From Candidatus Binataceae bacterium (GTDB lineage: Bacteria; Desulfobacterota; Binatia; Binatales; Binataceae), in contig DATJMX010000022.1 in the NCBI GenBank assembly GCA_035508495.1, forward strand, positions 44,139 through 108,138: 64,000 nucleotides of DNA. The letters run 5' to 3'. This document shows positions 26,969-35,260 of this stretch, in pieces. Both the position numbers and the translations under genes were made by a program. Below the pieces are notes generated by a model that saw nothing but the letters and a program-made list of their open reading frames with translations, was not told the DNA's origin and did no database searches. Within the stretch, counting starts at the first letter, position 1, and each line of letters opens with the position of its first letter.

Positions 26969-29242
26969 GTGACTTTACCACGTTCGGTCGGACGCTCGAG
27001 TCAGCTCGTCGCGTTACTTTCATTCGCAGCGCTCTTTGCTGCGTCGCTCGCCTTCGCCCCTCGCGCGAGAGCGCAGAACTCGACGATGCTCAGTACGGGC
27101 GTCTCGGTCGACGTATGCAACAGCTGCGACCTTCAGACCCAGGAGGCCGTCGCCTCCGAGGACGATCGTCACGACTCAGCCGACTCCGCTTTCGATAGCA
27201 GCGAGCGCTCGGAGAACGTCAGTCATGACGAGGCCGATCAAAGTATCCAGCGCAGCAACATGCCGGGCGAAGTAAAGCAGGAGGCCCTGGCTAACGAACA
27301 AGAGCGCCATCAAAACACGTTGACCGCGATCGAGCGCGATCGCGCGATCGAAGCCTCGCGCCATCAGCAACGCCTCGCGCAGATCATGGCGCAGGCCGGC
27401 AAGCTCCTGTCGGATCTCGTGCAGAACGTGATGCCGAATGGATCGCCGGCGGGCGGAACTCCTTCAGGCGGCGGCGCACCAACTTCGCCGAATCAACCGG
27501 GTCCTGGAAATGCGCCGAGCGGCGGCGGCAACCCGTCGATGCCCAGTGGAGCTGGCGGCGGCAATCCTGTCGCAGGCGGCGGCGGTGGTTCTCCAAACAG
27601 TGGGGGCAATCCATCGGGAACTGCGCCGCCGCCGATTAGCGCTAATCCGATCGCGGGCGGAGGTTCGCCCAACCCCTCGGGGGGAGGATCGCAAAATCCG
27701 CCGAACAACACCCAGTATCCCGGTGCACAACAAGTCAACCCTTCACAACCGTCAGCTTCACCGCAGAACTCATCCTCGAATCCAGGCAATCAAAGCCCCG
27801 GCATCCTCAAGGGTCTGAACGACTGGATCAATGGCCTTGCGCAGAAAATGGCGCCGCCGCCGAGCACTGGAACTGGACAGCCATACACGGGCCCGCTCGC
27901 GATCAACGGTCATTCGCCGCTCTATTACTTGAACGAAGCGGCCAACAGTCTCGCCGACAAGCTGCCTGGCGGTAGCAGCGGCCTGCAGCAGGCAAACCAG
28001 GCCGTCGGCAATGTTGCCAACGGACAACGAAATCAGTGGACGACACCGATGAGCCCGCAGGCCGCTGTCGGACAGGTCGGCTATGCGTTCACGGGCGCAG
28101 TGATCGGCAAGGGCCTCGGCGCTTCGGCGGGCGCACTCAAGGGTGCATACGGGCAGGCGATTCAGAACGGCGCCGGCAGGATGGGCGCGCTCCAGACCGC
28201 AGGCAATTCGATCGCCGCCGCAACGACCGCAGGCATCGGCGCGGCAAGGCAGGAGGCGACGACGCTCGCGGGGATGGGAGGCGCGGCGGCAGGCAATCTC
28301 GGCACCAATCCCGGCGGCGGTTCATATAATGGAAGTGTCAGCTCAGGCGGCGGATCCGAACCTCCCGGCGGCGCTGGGGGAGGCGTCGGCGGCGGACCGA
28401 ATGAGCAGGGCGGAGGTCCCGCGCCGGGTGAGGCGAGCAGTTCGACCTCGACGCAGACCGCTCAGGCCGGCGGCCAGAGCCGTACCCAACCTGCCGCGGG
28501 AGGCGGAGGATCTCCGCCTGAGGAGTCGGTCCCGCCCGCAGATGGAGCGGGCACTCCTTCCAATCCGCTCACGGGCGCGGCGGTTTCGAACTCGTGGGAA
28601 AATCTGGCGGGCAAGACGATCGTCGTGGGCGGCCAGCCGGTTCAACTCGGCAACATGGTCGGATCGCCCGGCGGTTTCGGCGCCGTTTACCAGATGGCGG
28701 AAGACCCAAGCAAAGTGATCAAGATCGTGCGCCCTGGCGAAATCGGCGCAGACTCGATCACGCGGCAGTTGGAAGGCGCGGAATTGGCCAATGCGGCCGG
28801 GGTTAAAACTCCCGCCGTTTATCAGGCGTCGGCAGGCGCGAACGGCGATCCGCCGCATATCATCATGGACAATGTCATGGGCGGGAAGTGGTCGAATGTG
28901 CAGATGCCGTCGCAGGCGCAGCTCACCCCGCAACAGGCCACCGCGCTCCAGCAGATGTACAACCAGCTCGGTCAGAACGATCTTATCTGGGCCGACGGCA
29001 AACTGAACAACGTTTTCTTCTACGACTCGCCCGAATCGCCAAGCGTCGGGATTCTCGACCCCGACATGATTTTTCCTTCGAGTCAGCTTCCCTGGCAGCC
29101 GCCCGTTGTGGGCGCGAACCTGATGAAGAACGCATCGGCTGCGATGAAAGCGACGCTCGGCCGCCTGCAATACACTCCCGAAGATATCAACGCCGTTGAC
29201 GTGATGCGCGATCGCTTTAAGTTTCAATTCCCGAGCATGTAA
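26969..29242 (+). CDS. Exported low-complexity protein with C-terminal protein-kinase-like domain
   Basis: GTG 26969 lies 6 nt after GGAGG. Signal peptide ...LAFAPRARA/Q, then ~500 aa of G/P/S/N/Q-rich sequence. C-terminal motifs are GSPGGFGAVY, VIKIV, WADGKLNNVFF and ILDPD. The gene itself is confident; the function is inferred. Confidence 0.7.
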   Translation: MTLPRSVGRSSQLVALLSFAALFAASLAFAPRARAQNSTMLSTGVSVDVCNSCDLQTQEAVASEDDRHDSADSAFDSSERSENVSHDEADQSIQRSNMPGEVKQEALANEQERHQNTLTAIERDRAIEASRHQQRLAQIMAQAGKLLSDLVQNVMPNGSPAGGTPSGGGAPTSPNQPGPGNAPSGGGNPSMPSGAGGGNPVAGGGGGSPNSGGNPSGTAPPPISANPIAGGGSPNPSGGGSQNPPNNTQYPGAQQVNPSQPSASPQNSSSNPGNQSPGILKGLNDWINGLAQKMAPPPSTGTGQPYTGPLAINGHSPLYYLNEAANSLADKLPGGSSGLQQANQAVGNVANGQRNQWTTPMSPQAAVGQVGYAFTGAVIGKGLGASAGALKGAYGQAIQNGAGRMGALQTAGNSIAAATTAGIGAARQEATTLAGMGGAAAGNLGTNPGGGSYNGSVSSGGGSEPPGGAGGGVGGGPNEQGGGPAPGEASSSTSTQTAQAGGQSRTQPAAGGGGSPPEESVPPADGAGTPSNPLTGAAVSNSWENLAGKTIVVGGQPVQLGNMVGSPGGFGAVYQMAEDPSKVIKIVRPGEIGADSITRQLEGAELANAAGVKTPAVYQASAGANGDPPHIIMDNVMGGKWSNVQMPSQAQLTPQQATALQQMYNQLGQNDLIWADGKLNNVFFYDSPESPSVGILDPDMIFPSSQLPWQPPVVGANLMKNASAAMKATLGRLQYTPEDINAVDVMRDRFKFQFPSM

Positions 29243-29263
29243 ACGCGATCGCACACGCGGAAT

Positions 29264-29992
29264 TCATTGATGCAAAAGTCCGCGCTCGACCGTTATCGCA
29301 TCGGCGTAATCCGCCCGCATCATTCCCGCGTAGATCGCGCGGACCGCGGCGCATTTCTGCGCGTCGCTCTGATGGACGGGATCGTTGATCATCGCTTTGA
29401 TCGCATTCAGATCGTTGGCCGGCATGTACATCATCGTTCTGCTCAGTGCCGCCTGGAAGTCCTGGGGATTCGGCGCGCGCCGCACCGGAAGCCCGTTGAT
29501 CGAGGCCAGCGCAGCGCGATCGTAGATCCTGCCCCACTTGCGTTGCTGATCCACCGGAAGTTGCTCGATCGCCGGGACGAACGCCTCGCCCGCGCCTCCG
29601 CTCCAGAGCATCGCGCAGCTCTGCGTATTAGCCCGATTCGCCAGTTCCGAGCTGAGCCACAACAGCTTGCCGAGCGAGGCATCGTCGAGGCGGCGAAAGC
29701 CGTCATTGGCAGCGGCGGTCAGCAATTGACTCGCTGTCATCGAGCTGCCGCCGGCAGCCTGGCTCGCGATCTGATTCGTGGCGCGCGAGATCGTCGGATA
29801 CGATTGCACGAGCGTGGCTTGAAACACGCTCTCCGGCTGATTGCCCTCCGCGCTCGGATGCATATCGTAGCGGGTGAGAATGAATCCCGCGACCAGTCCT
29901 AAGATGATCACAAAAAGCAACCGCCGGCCCCATCGCGAGCGTCGCGGCCGCTCGGCTCGAAACGGTTTCGCGGCTGTTTTCTGTTCTGCCAT
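29264..29992 (-). CDS. Hypothetical single-pass membrane protein with periplasmic helical domain
   Basis: ATG 29992 preceded by AAGGAGGA. One TM helix (LLFVIILGLVAGFIL) after a basic N-terminus. No family recognised. Confidence 0.75.
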   Translation of the reverse strand: MAEQKTAAKPFRAERPRRSRWGRRLLFVIILGLVAGFILTRYDMHPSAEGNQPESVFQATLVQSYPTISRATNQIASQAAGGSSMTASQLLTAAANDGFRRLDDASLGKLLWLSSELANRANTQSCAMLWSGGAGEAFVPAIEQLPVDQQRKWGRIYDRAALASINGLPVRRAPNPQDFQAALSRTMMYMPANDLNAIKAMINDPVHQSDAQKCAAVRAIYAGMMRADYADAITVERGLLHQ

Positions 29993-30095
29993 ATTCGCGT
30001 CAGATCCTCCTTTATCGCGTCGCTCGTCGTGCCGCTATTGCCCGATGCGCATCGCTGCTCCGATTGTGCGATAACTCCGCTGGAGGTTTTTCGAC

Positions 30096-30755
30096 ATGGC
30101 CCAGATGGACGTTTACGAAGCGATGCGCACGCTGCGCGCGGTGCGCCGGCTCAGGCCCGATCCGATTCCCGCCGACGTGCTGCACCGCGTGCTCGAGGCC
30201 GCGACCTTTGCACCCACCGGCGGCAATCAGCAGCCGTGGCGAATCGTCGCGGTCCGCGACGGCGCGAAGAAGCAGCGCCTGGGCGAGCTCTACGCCGATC
30301 GCTGGCACAACTACACCAAGCGCTATCGTCCGTTCCCGGCCGACATGCCTGCCGATGCGCGCGAGCGCACCGAGCGCACACTCATGGCCGGCGACTTTCT
30401 CGCTGATCATTTTGGCTCGACGCCGGTCATCGCGATGTTTTGCTTCAATCCGAAGTTCATGGCGATCACCGATTCCGAGCAGAAGAATCGCCCATCGGTT
30501 GTCGGCGGCGGCTCGGTCTACACCGCTGTCGAGAATCTCCTGCTGGCGTGCCGCGCCGAGGGTCTGGGATGCGTATTGACGACGCTGCTCTGCGAGCGCG
30601 AGCCCGAGGTGCGCGCGCTGCTCGGCATTCCTGATCCGTGGTACACGGCAGCCGCGATCCCGATTGGCTATCCGGTCGGACGCGGACATGGCCCGCTCAT
30701 TCGCCGCCCTGTCGATCAACTGGTGTATGCCGATTCGTGGGGCGCGAAGTTCTGA
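30096..30755 (+). CDS. Nitroreductase family protein
   Basis: GGAGG SD. RAVRRLRPDPIPADVLHRVLEAATFAPTGGNQQPWR is the classic nitroreductase N-terminal motif. Confidence 0.9.
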   Translation: MAQMDVYEAMRTLRAVRRLRPDPIPADVLHRVLEAATFAPTGGNQQPWRIVAVRDGAKKQRLGELYADRWHNYTKRYRPFPADMPADARERTERTLMAGDFLADHFGSTPVIAMFCFNPKFMAITDSEQKNRPSVVGGGSVYTAVENLLLACRAEGLGCVLTTLLCEREPEVRALLGIPDPWYTAAAIPIGYPVGRGHGPLIRRPVDQLVYADSWGAKF

Positions 30756-32404
30756 GGCTTGCGCCGGATTCATTGAAATCGCGACACGCACTCGCGGCGC
30801 TGCTGGTCGTCGTGGGATTTTGCGCCGGCCTCTGGCCGCTCGCGCATGATTTTTATTTCGCGCACGTCGATGAGCATCTGTACGCCGACGCCTCGATTCG
30901 CATGGTGCAGTCGGGAGACTGGGGCACTGCGTACTACAACACCGGCTACCCGCGCTTTCAGAAGCCGATTCTGACCTACTGGCTGATAGCTGCGAGTTAC
31001 CGGGCCTTCGGGATCAGCGCGCTCACCTCGCGGTTGCCCTCGATACTCGCGGGCGTCGTGACGCTCCTAATTACTCACGCGCTCGCGATACGCGTCACGC
31101 CGCGCGCTCCGGCCGCGATTCTCGCGATGCTCATCCTGGGGAGTACGCCGGTTTTTATTCTCGCGGCGATTCGCGCCAATCCCGACATTTTTCTCGCGAT
31201 GTTCATCGCGTGGAGTGTGTACGGATTTTTCGGCCTGATGTTCGCTGAGACGCCGTCGGCGGGCGACGGATGGCATGCGTACCTCGGCGCTGGACTCGCG
31301 ATCATGGCCAAGGGTGTCCCAGGTCTGATCTTTCTCGCATACATATGGCTCTTCGCCGCGACGTTCGTCGCCGACCGGCGGCGTCGCGTGATTCCGCTGA
31401 TTCCGCTGGCGGTCGGACTCGCGATTCCCGTCACATGGTTCCTCGCGACGCTGCACGCACATGGCAGTTTGTTCACGCACGTGATGTTCAACGACCAGGT
31501 GCGGGCGCGCATCTCGCTCGGAATCGTCGCAACGCCGCTACGCATGCTGGCGATGGTTGCGCAATACGTACTCTTCTTCCTGCCGTGGTGCATCGTGCTG
31601 ATCGCGGAGCGAGTTGCCCAGGCCCGAGCCGATTCAATCATGAGATCGGAGTTCGCGCGCTTCGCGGCAGGATTCGCCTTGCTCTATGCGATCGCGTTCG
31701 GCCTGAATCCCACGATGAATGGGCACTATCTTCTTCCCGCGTGCCCACTGCTCGCTGTCGTGATTGCCGGGGCGCTGGCTGAGCTCGATTCGCACGCCTC
31801 GCGTGTCGCTCTGGAAGCGGCTGCGGCCATCGTCATGGTGGCGCTGGCGGCATTCTCCATCTTCGCGATGCTCCTGAACCGCGACGGCTTGACGATTACC
31901 AGTGGGATGGCGTGCGCGGCGTTCGCCGTCTCGATTTTGTTGGCGATCCGACGCATCAGGACTTCCGACTTGCTGATGCGGCTGGCGGTCGGCATTTTCC
32001 TTTTCTTTCCGCTCGCGAGTGTTCTGCTCCGGCCATGGCTGTTGCCGGATTTTGGACAGCAGGTCGTGGCCGCGGTTGGACCCACCGCCTCGCGTATATC
32101 TTTCGTCGGGCCCGAACCGCTTGCGTCTTATGTTCGCCTTGCGTCGGGTGGAACCACGCAGGTGATGAGCGGGCCCGATCTGAGCAGCGCGCTTTTGTCG
32201 GACCTGCCGATAATCGCGCCCAAGTCAGACGCGGAGCTGCTCGAATCGCATGGCTATGCGATCGCGCCTGTCGGCGGCGCGATCGAGCGAGAGTCTGTTA
32301 GCGACGTGGCCCGAGCGGTGTTTCGCGTCGACTTCGGCAACTTCCTCGAATCGTCGAAGCAAGGATTTGTGCTTGCGATTCCAGCATCGCCTCCGAAACC
32401 ATGA
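30737..32404 (+). CDS. GT-C glycosyltransferase, ArnT/PMT (GT39/GT83)-like
   Basis: HVDEHLYADASIRMVQSGDW...PRFQKPILTYWLIA is the ArnT/PMT-type first periplasmic loop; more than 10 TM helices. Start uncertain: GTG 30737 (19-nt overlap with the upstream gene) or TTG 30773. Confidence 0.8.
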   Translation: MGREVLRLAPDSLKSRHALAALLVVVGFCAGLWPLAHDFYFAHVDEHLYADASIRMVQSGDWGTAYYNTGYPRFQKPILTYWLIAASYRAFGISALTSRLPSILAGVVTLLITHALAIRVTPRAPAAILAMLILGSTPVFILAAIRANPDIFLAMFIAWSVYGFFGLMFAETPSAGDGWHAYLGAGLAIMAKGVPGLIFLAYIWLFAATFVADRRRRVIPLIPLAVGLAIPVTWFLATLHAHGSLFTHVMFNDQVRARISLGIVATPLRMLAMVAQYVLFFLPWCIVLIAERVAQARADSIMRSEFARFAAGFALLYAIAFGLNPTMNGHYLLPACPLLAVVIAGALAELDSHASRVALEAAAAIVMVALAAFSIFAMLLNRDGLTITSGMACAAFAVSILLAIRRIRTSDLLMRLAVGIFLFFPLASVLLRPWLLPDFGQQVVAAVGPTASRISFVGPEPLASYVRLASGGTTQVMSGPDLSSALLSDLPIIAPKSDAELLESHGYAIAPVGGAIERESVSDVARAVFRVDFGNFLESSKQGFVLAIPASPPKP

Positions 32405-32424
32405 TCGCATTCTGCTGCGATCAT
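32401..32424 (+). terminator. Stem-loop overlapping the stop codon (ATGATCGCA / TGCGATCAT), weak T tail
   Basis: 9-bp perfect stem and 6-nt loop, followed by TTTG. Confidence 0.4.
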
Positions 32425-32781
32425 TTGACCGGCGGTTAAAGTGGCCGCGAACGGGCGCTGTCGTCCGATAATTGACGCCAGCACAAACGCCTTCGCTTTA
32501 ATCGCGCTCGCGAGCGTTCGATCGTAGCGGAATCTTAACTTACTCCGAGCCTCGCGAAATGAAGTTTTTTCTTTCTTCACACGTCACTTGTTTCGAAAGA
32601 TGGCATCTAACCCTGAGTTTGACCCATCTGGCCTTGTGTGCGCGATGTAAAACTCCAATTCGCGCGCCATCGCAAAGATGGCAGCAAAATTGCTGGTGAC
32701 TGCTGGATCTCAAATTGAATATCGACTCTTAGGCTGAACCGGACCGCATTGGGGGCGGAGCACCGCCCGCAGGAGAGAGAC

Positions 32782-33723
32782 GTGCCACTCTTGAAAACGG
32801 CGAGCGAGCTTCGTTGCGCGATCGTATTGGCCGGTGGGGATGGCCAGCGTCTGCGTCCTCTGACCCGCCGAATCACTGGCTTCGAGATCCCCAAGCAGTT
32901 CTGCCCGATACTCGGCAACGAGACCCTGCTTTCGCAGACGCGGCGCCGGATTGCGCTGATGTTCAAGCCGGCCGAGACGATGCTGTTGCTCAATGGCGAG
33001 CATGAAGATCTTTACGCATCGCACGTCGGTGGCCTGCCCGAGACGAATCTCCTCGTTCAGCCTGCAAATCGCGGCACTGCCGCTGGTATCCTGTATTCGC
33101 TGCTGCGAGCCGCAGATCGCGGCGCCGAGACCATCGCCTTCTTTCCCTCCGATCATTACATCAGCGACGACGAGCGCTTCATGCGTCACGTCGAAGTCGC
33201 GTTCGATGCCGTCCATGAGATGCCGGGGCTCACTGTGATGCTCGGGATCCCGGCCGAAGGCCCTGAAGTCCAGTATGGCTGGATTGATCCCGCCGGCAGC
33301 ACCTCGATGCCGACGCCGTTCGCCTTCCACGGGCTACGTGGAATCCGACGATTCTGGGAAAAACCATCACCAGCTATAGCTGACCAGCTTTTTCGCCGGG
33401 GCTGCCTGTGGAACAGTTTCGTGATGGTCTCGGGCGTGAGCAACATGCTCGAGCTGTTCAGGCGCTCGGTACCGGAGCTGTACAGCAAGTTCGACGCGGT
33501 CTGGACCTCGCTCGGCACGCGCTCGGAGCATCGCGTGATGCGCTCGCTATATCCCAACCTGCCGAATGTCGGGTTTTCGACCGAGATTCTGGAGCGTTTC
33601 TCGCCGGAGATGGGCGTACTGCCAATCCGCGGCATCGAGTGGAGCGATCTCGGCGAGCCCGCTCGCGTGATGGAGATCCTGGGCCGCCGCGGCCTCTCCC
33701 CGGCCTGGCTGCAGCAAGCCTGA
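32782..33723 (+). CDS. Sugar-phosphate nucleotidyltransferase (mannose-1-phosphate guanylyltransferase-like)
   Basis: GTG 32782 lies 6 nt after AGGAG. AIVLAGGDGQRLRPLT is the NTP-transferase signature. Confidence 0.8.
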   Translation: MPLLKTASELRCAIVLAGGDGQRLRPLTRRITGFEIPKQFCPILGNETLLSQTRRRIALMFKPAETMLLLNGEHEDLYASHVGGLPETNLLVQPANRGTAAGILYSLLRAADRGAETIAFFPSDHYISDDERFMRHVEVAFDAVHEMPGLTVMLGIPAEGPEVQYGWIDPAGSTSMPTPFAFHGLRGIRRFWEKPSPAIADQLFRRGCLWNSFVMVSGVSNMLELFRRSVPELYSKFDAVWTSLGTRSEHRVMRSLYPNLPNVGFSTEILERFSPEMGVLPIRGIEWSDLGEPARVMEILGRRGLSPAWLQQA

Positions 33724-33753
33724 AGTCTCTCTCGCGTATTCATTGACTAACGA

Positions 33754-33780
33754 CCCTTGCGCACTAGCACCGCGCAAGGG
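33754..33780 (+). other. Stem-loop after the nucleotidyltransferase gene (CCCTTGCGC / GCGCAAGGG)
   Basis: 9-bp stem, 9-nt loop, no U-tract. Confidence 0.4.
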
Positions 33781-33838
33781 CCGCCCCTCATTCAGATCGA
33801 ATGGCGGCCATCATTAAGAGTTGCAAGGTTGTGCTCCG

Positions 33839-33866
33839 AAAAAAATAGCAGGGTGGGCGTCCCTGC
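33839..33866 (-). terminator. Rho-independent terminator (second of a tandem pair on the minus strand)
   Basis: Minus strand reads GCAGGG-ACGCCCA-CCCTGC followed by TATTTTTTT. Confidence 0.65.
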
Positions 33867-33915
33867 CCGCCATTAAGACGGCGCGCGGCGCGGCTTCGAT
33901 GCTGCCAAAACGAAG

Positions 33916-33948
33916 CAGGGCCGCCGGCGCTATGCGCTGGCGGCCCTG
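33916..33948 (-). terminator. Rho-independent terminator after the acyl-CoA dehydrogenase gene
   Basis: 15-bp stem (one G-U pair) around a 3-nt centre; the minus strand continues CTTCGTTTTGG. Lies 24 nt after the stop at 33972. Confidence 0.65.
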
Positions 33949-33971
33949 CCGTTATCTCTTCTGTTATCCGA

Positions 33972-35105
33972 TCAGTCGAGCAGTGACTTCGCCACTACCT
34001 CGCGATGCACCGGCGCGTTGCCGAAGTTCGCTTCGCCCGCGAGTGCGCGGCGATGGAACAGATGCATATCGTGCTCCCAAGTGAAGCCGATACCGCCGTG
34101 GACCTGGATCGCCTCGGACGTGACGTTCTTCGCCATATCAGAGGCGTACGCCTTCGCCATCGGCACGGCAGTCGCCGCCTCGGGCGACTTGGTATCCACG
34201 GTCCAGCACGCGAAGTAGGTGAGCGAGCGCGCGTTCTCGACCGCGACCATCATGTCGACGCACTTATGCTTGACGGCCTGGAACGAGCCGATCGGCTTGC
34301 CGAACTGCACGCGGGTCTTCGCGTACTCGACCGACATGTCGAGCGCCTTCTGCGCGGTGCCGACCATCTCGGCCGACAGCGCCGCCGTTGCGATATCGAG
34401 CGTGCGATGCAGGATCGGCCAGCCTTCGCCTTCCTTGCCGAGGATGTCGGAGCCGGGAACCTTGACGTTGTCGAATTTCACGTGGCACAGACGCCGCGTC
34501 ATATCCACGGTCTTGAGCTGCGTAATGGTCACGCCCTTCGTATCGCGCGGCACGAGCAGAATCGTCACGCCCTTTTCGCCGGAGCCGCCAGTGCGGACCG
34601 CGACCGCGATTCCATTGGCGACGTGCGCATCGGGAACGAAGAACTTCTCGCCGCTGATCGTGTAATCGGAGCCGCTCTTCGAGGCCTTGAGCTGGATCCC
34701 GTCCGCGTCGAAACGTCCCGCGGCTTCGGCGATCGCGACCGTTCCGATAAACTCGCCGCTCGCCATTTTGGGCAGGACATTTTTCTTCTGCGCCTCGGAG
34801 CCGCCCTCGATCAGAAGCGGAGCGCCGAGTAGTGCCGAAGTGAAGAACGGGCCGGGGATCAGGACCTTGCCCGCTTCCTCGGCGATTACCGTCATGTCGA
34901 GGAAGGTGCCGCCCTGGCCGCCGTAATTTTCGGGGATCATCAACCCGGGCCATCCGAGCTCGACGAGCTTCTTCCAGAAGCCGGGATCATGCGCAGTTGC
35001 GTCGGCCATCATCTGGCGCACGTACTTGGTTTCGCAATTGTCGGCCAGGAAGCGCTTGGCCGCATCGCGCAACATTTCTTGTTCTTCAGAAAAGCCGAAA
35101 TCCAA
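33972..35105 (-). CDS. Acyl-CoA dehydrogenase
   Basis: TTG 35105 lies 9 nt after GGAGGA and yields the typical (M)DFGFSEEQEMLRDAAKRF N-terminus. ACAD motifs run throughout. The listed 33-codon extension was rejected. Confidence 0.9.
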   Translation of the reverse strand: MDFGFSEEQEMLRDAAKRFLADNCETKYVRQMMADATAHDPGFWKKLVELGWPGLMIPENYGGQGGTFLDMTVIAEEAGKVLIPGPFFTSALLGAPLLIEGGSEAQKKNVLPKMASGEFIGTVAIAEAAGRFDADGIQLKASKSGSDYTISGEKFFVPDAHVANGIAVAVRTGGSGEKGVTILLVPRDTKGVTITQLKTVDMTRRLCHVKFDNVKVPGSDILGKEGEGWPILHRTLDIATAALSAEMVGTAQKALDMSVEYAKTRVQFGKPIGSFQAVKHKCVDMMVAVENARSLTYFACWTVDTKSPEAATAVPMAKAYASDMAKNVTSEAIQVHGGIGFTWEHDMHLFHRRALAGEANFGNAPVHREVVAKSLLD

Positions 35106-35260
35106 CTTGGTCGGTCCTCCGTTTAAATCGATGGAATCCGGCGGAGCCGCTCGGATCCATGATTCAGCTACCACTAACCCTTTCAGCCGTGCAAGCAGGG
35201 GCAACTCTAGGTTGATAGCGCCGCCGATGGAATAATCGCGACGCCGGGAGGGCCGCTACG

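Noticed and set aside
27400-28560. GGC/GCC/CCG-rich repetitive DNA that could be mistaken for a tandem-repeat or CRISPR-like array
   Set aside because: The repeats are degenerate and in-frame, and they encode the G/P/S/N low-complexity linker of the exported protein. There is no regular repeat-spacer periodicity and no cas genes.
32254-32993. Minus-strand ORFs 32254-32580 and 32607-32993 in or around the long intergenic region
   Set aside because: The first runs 150 nt into the convergent GT-C gene. The second overlaps the nucleotidyltransferase start. Neither has an SD or a recognisable motif, and both have poor coding-like composition.
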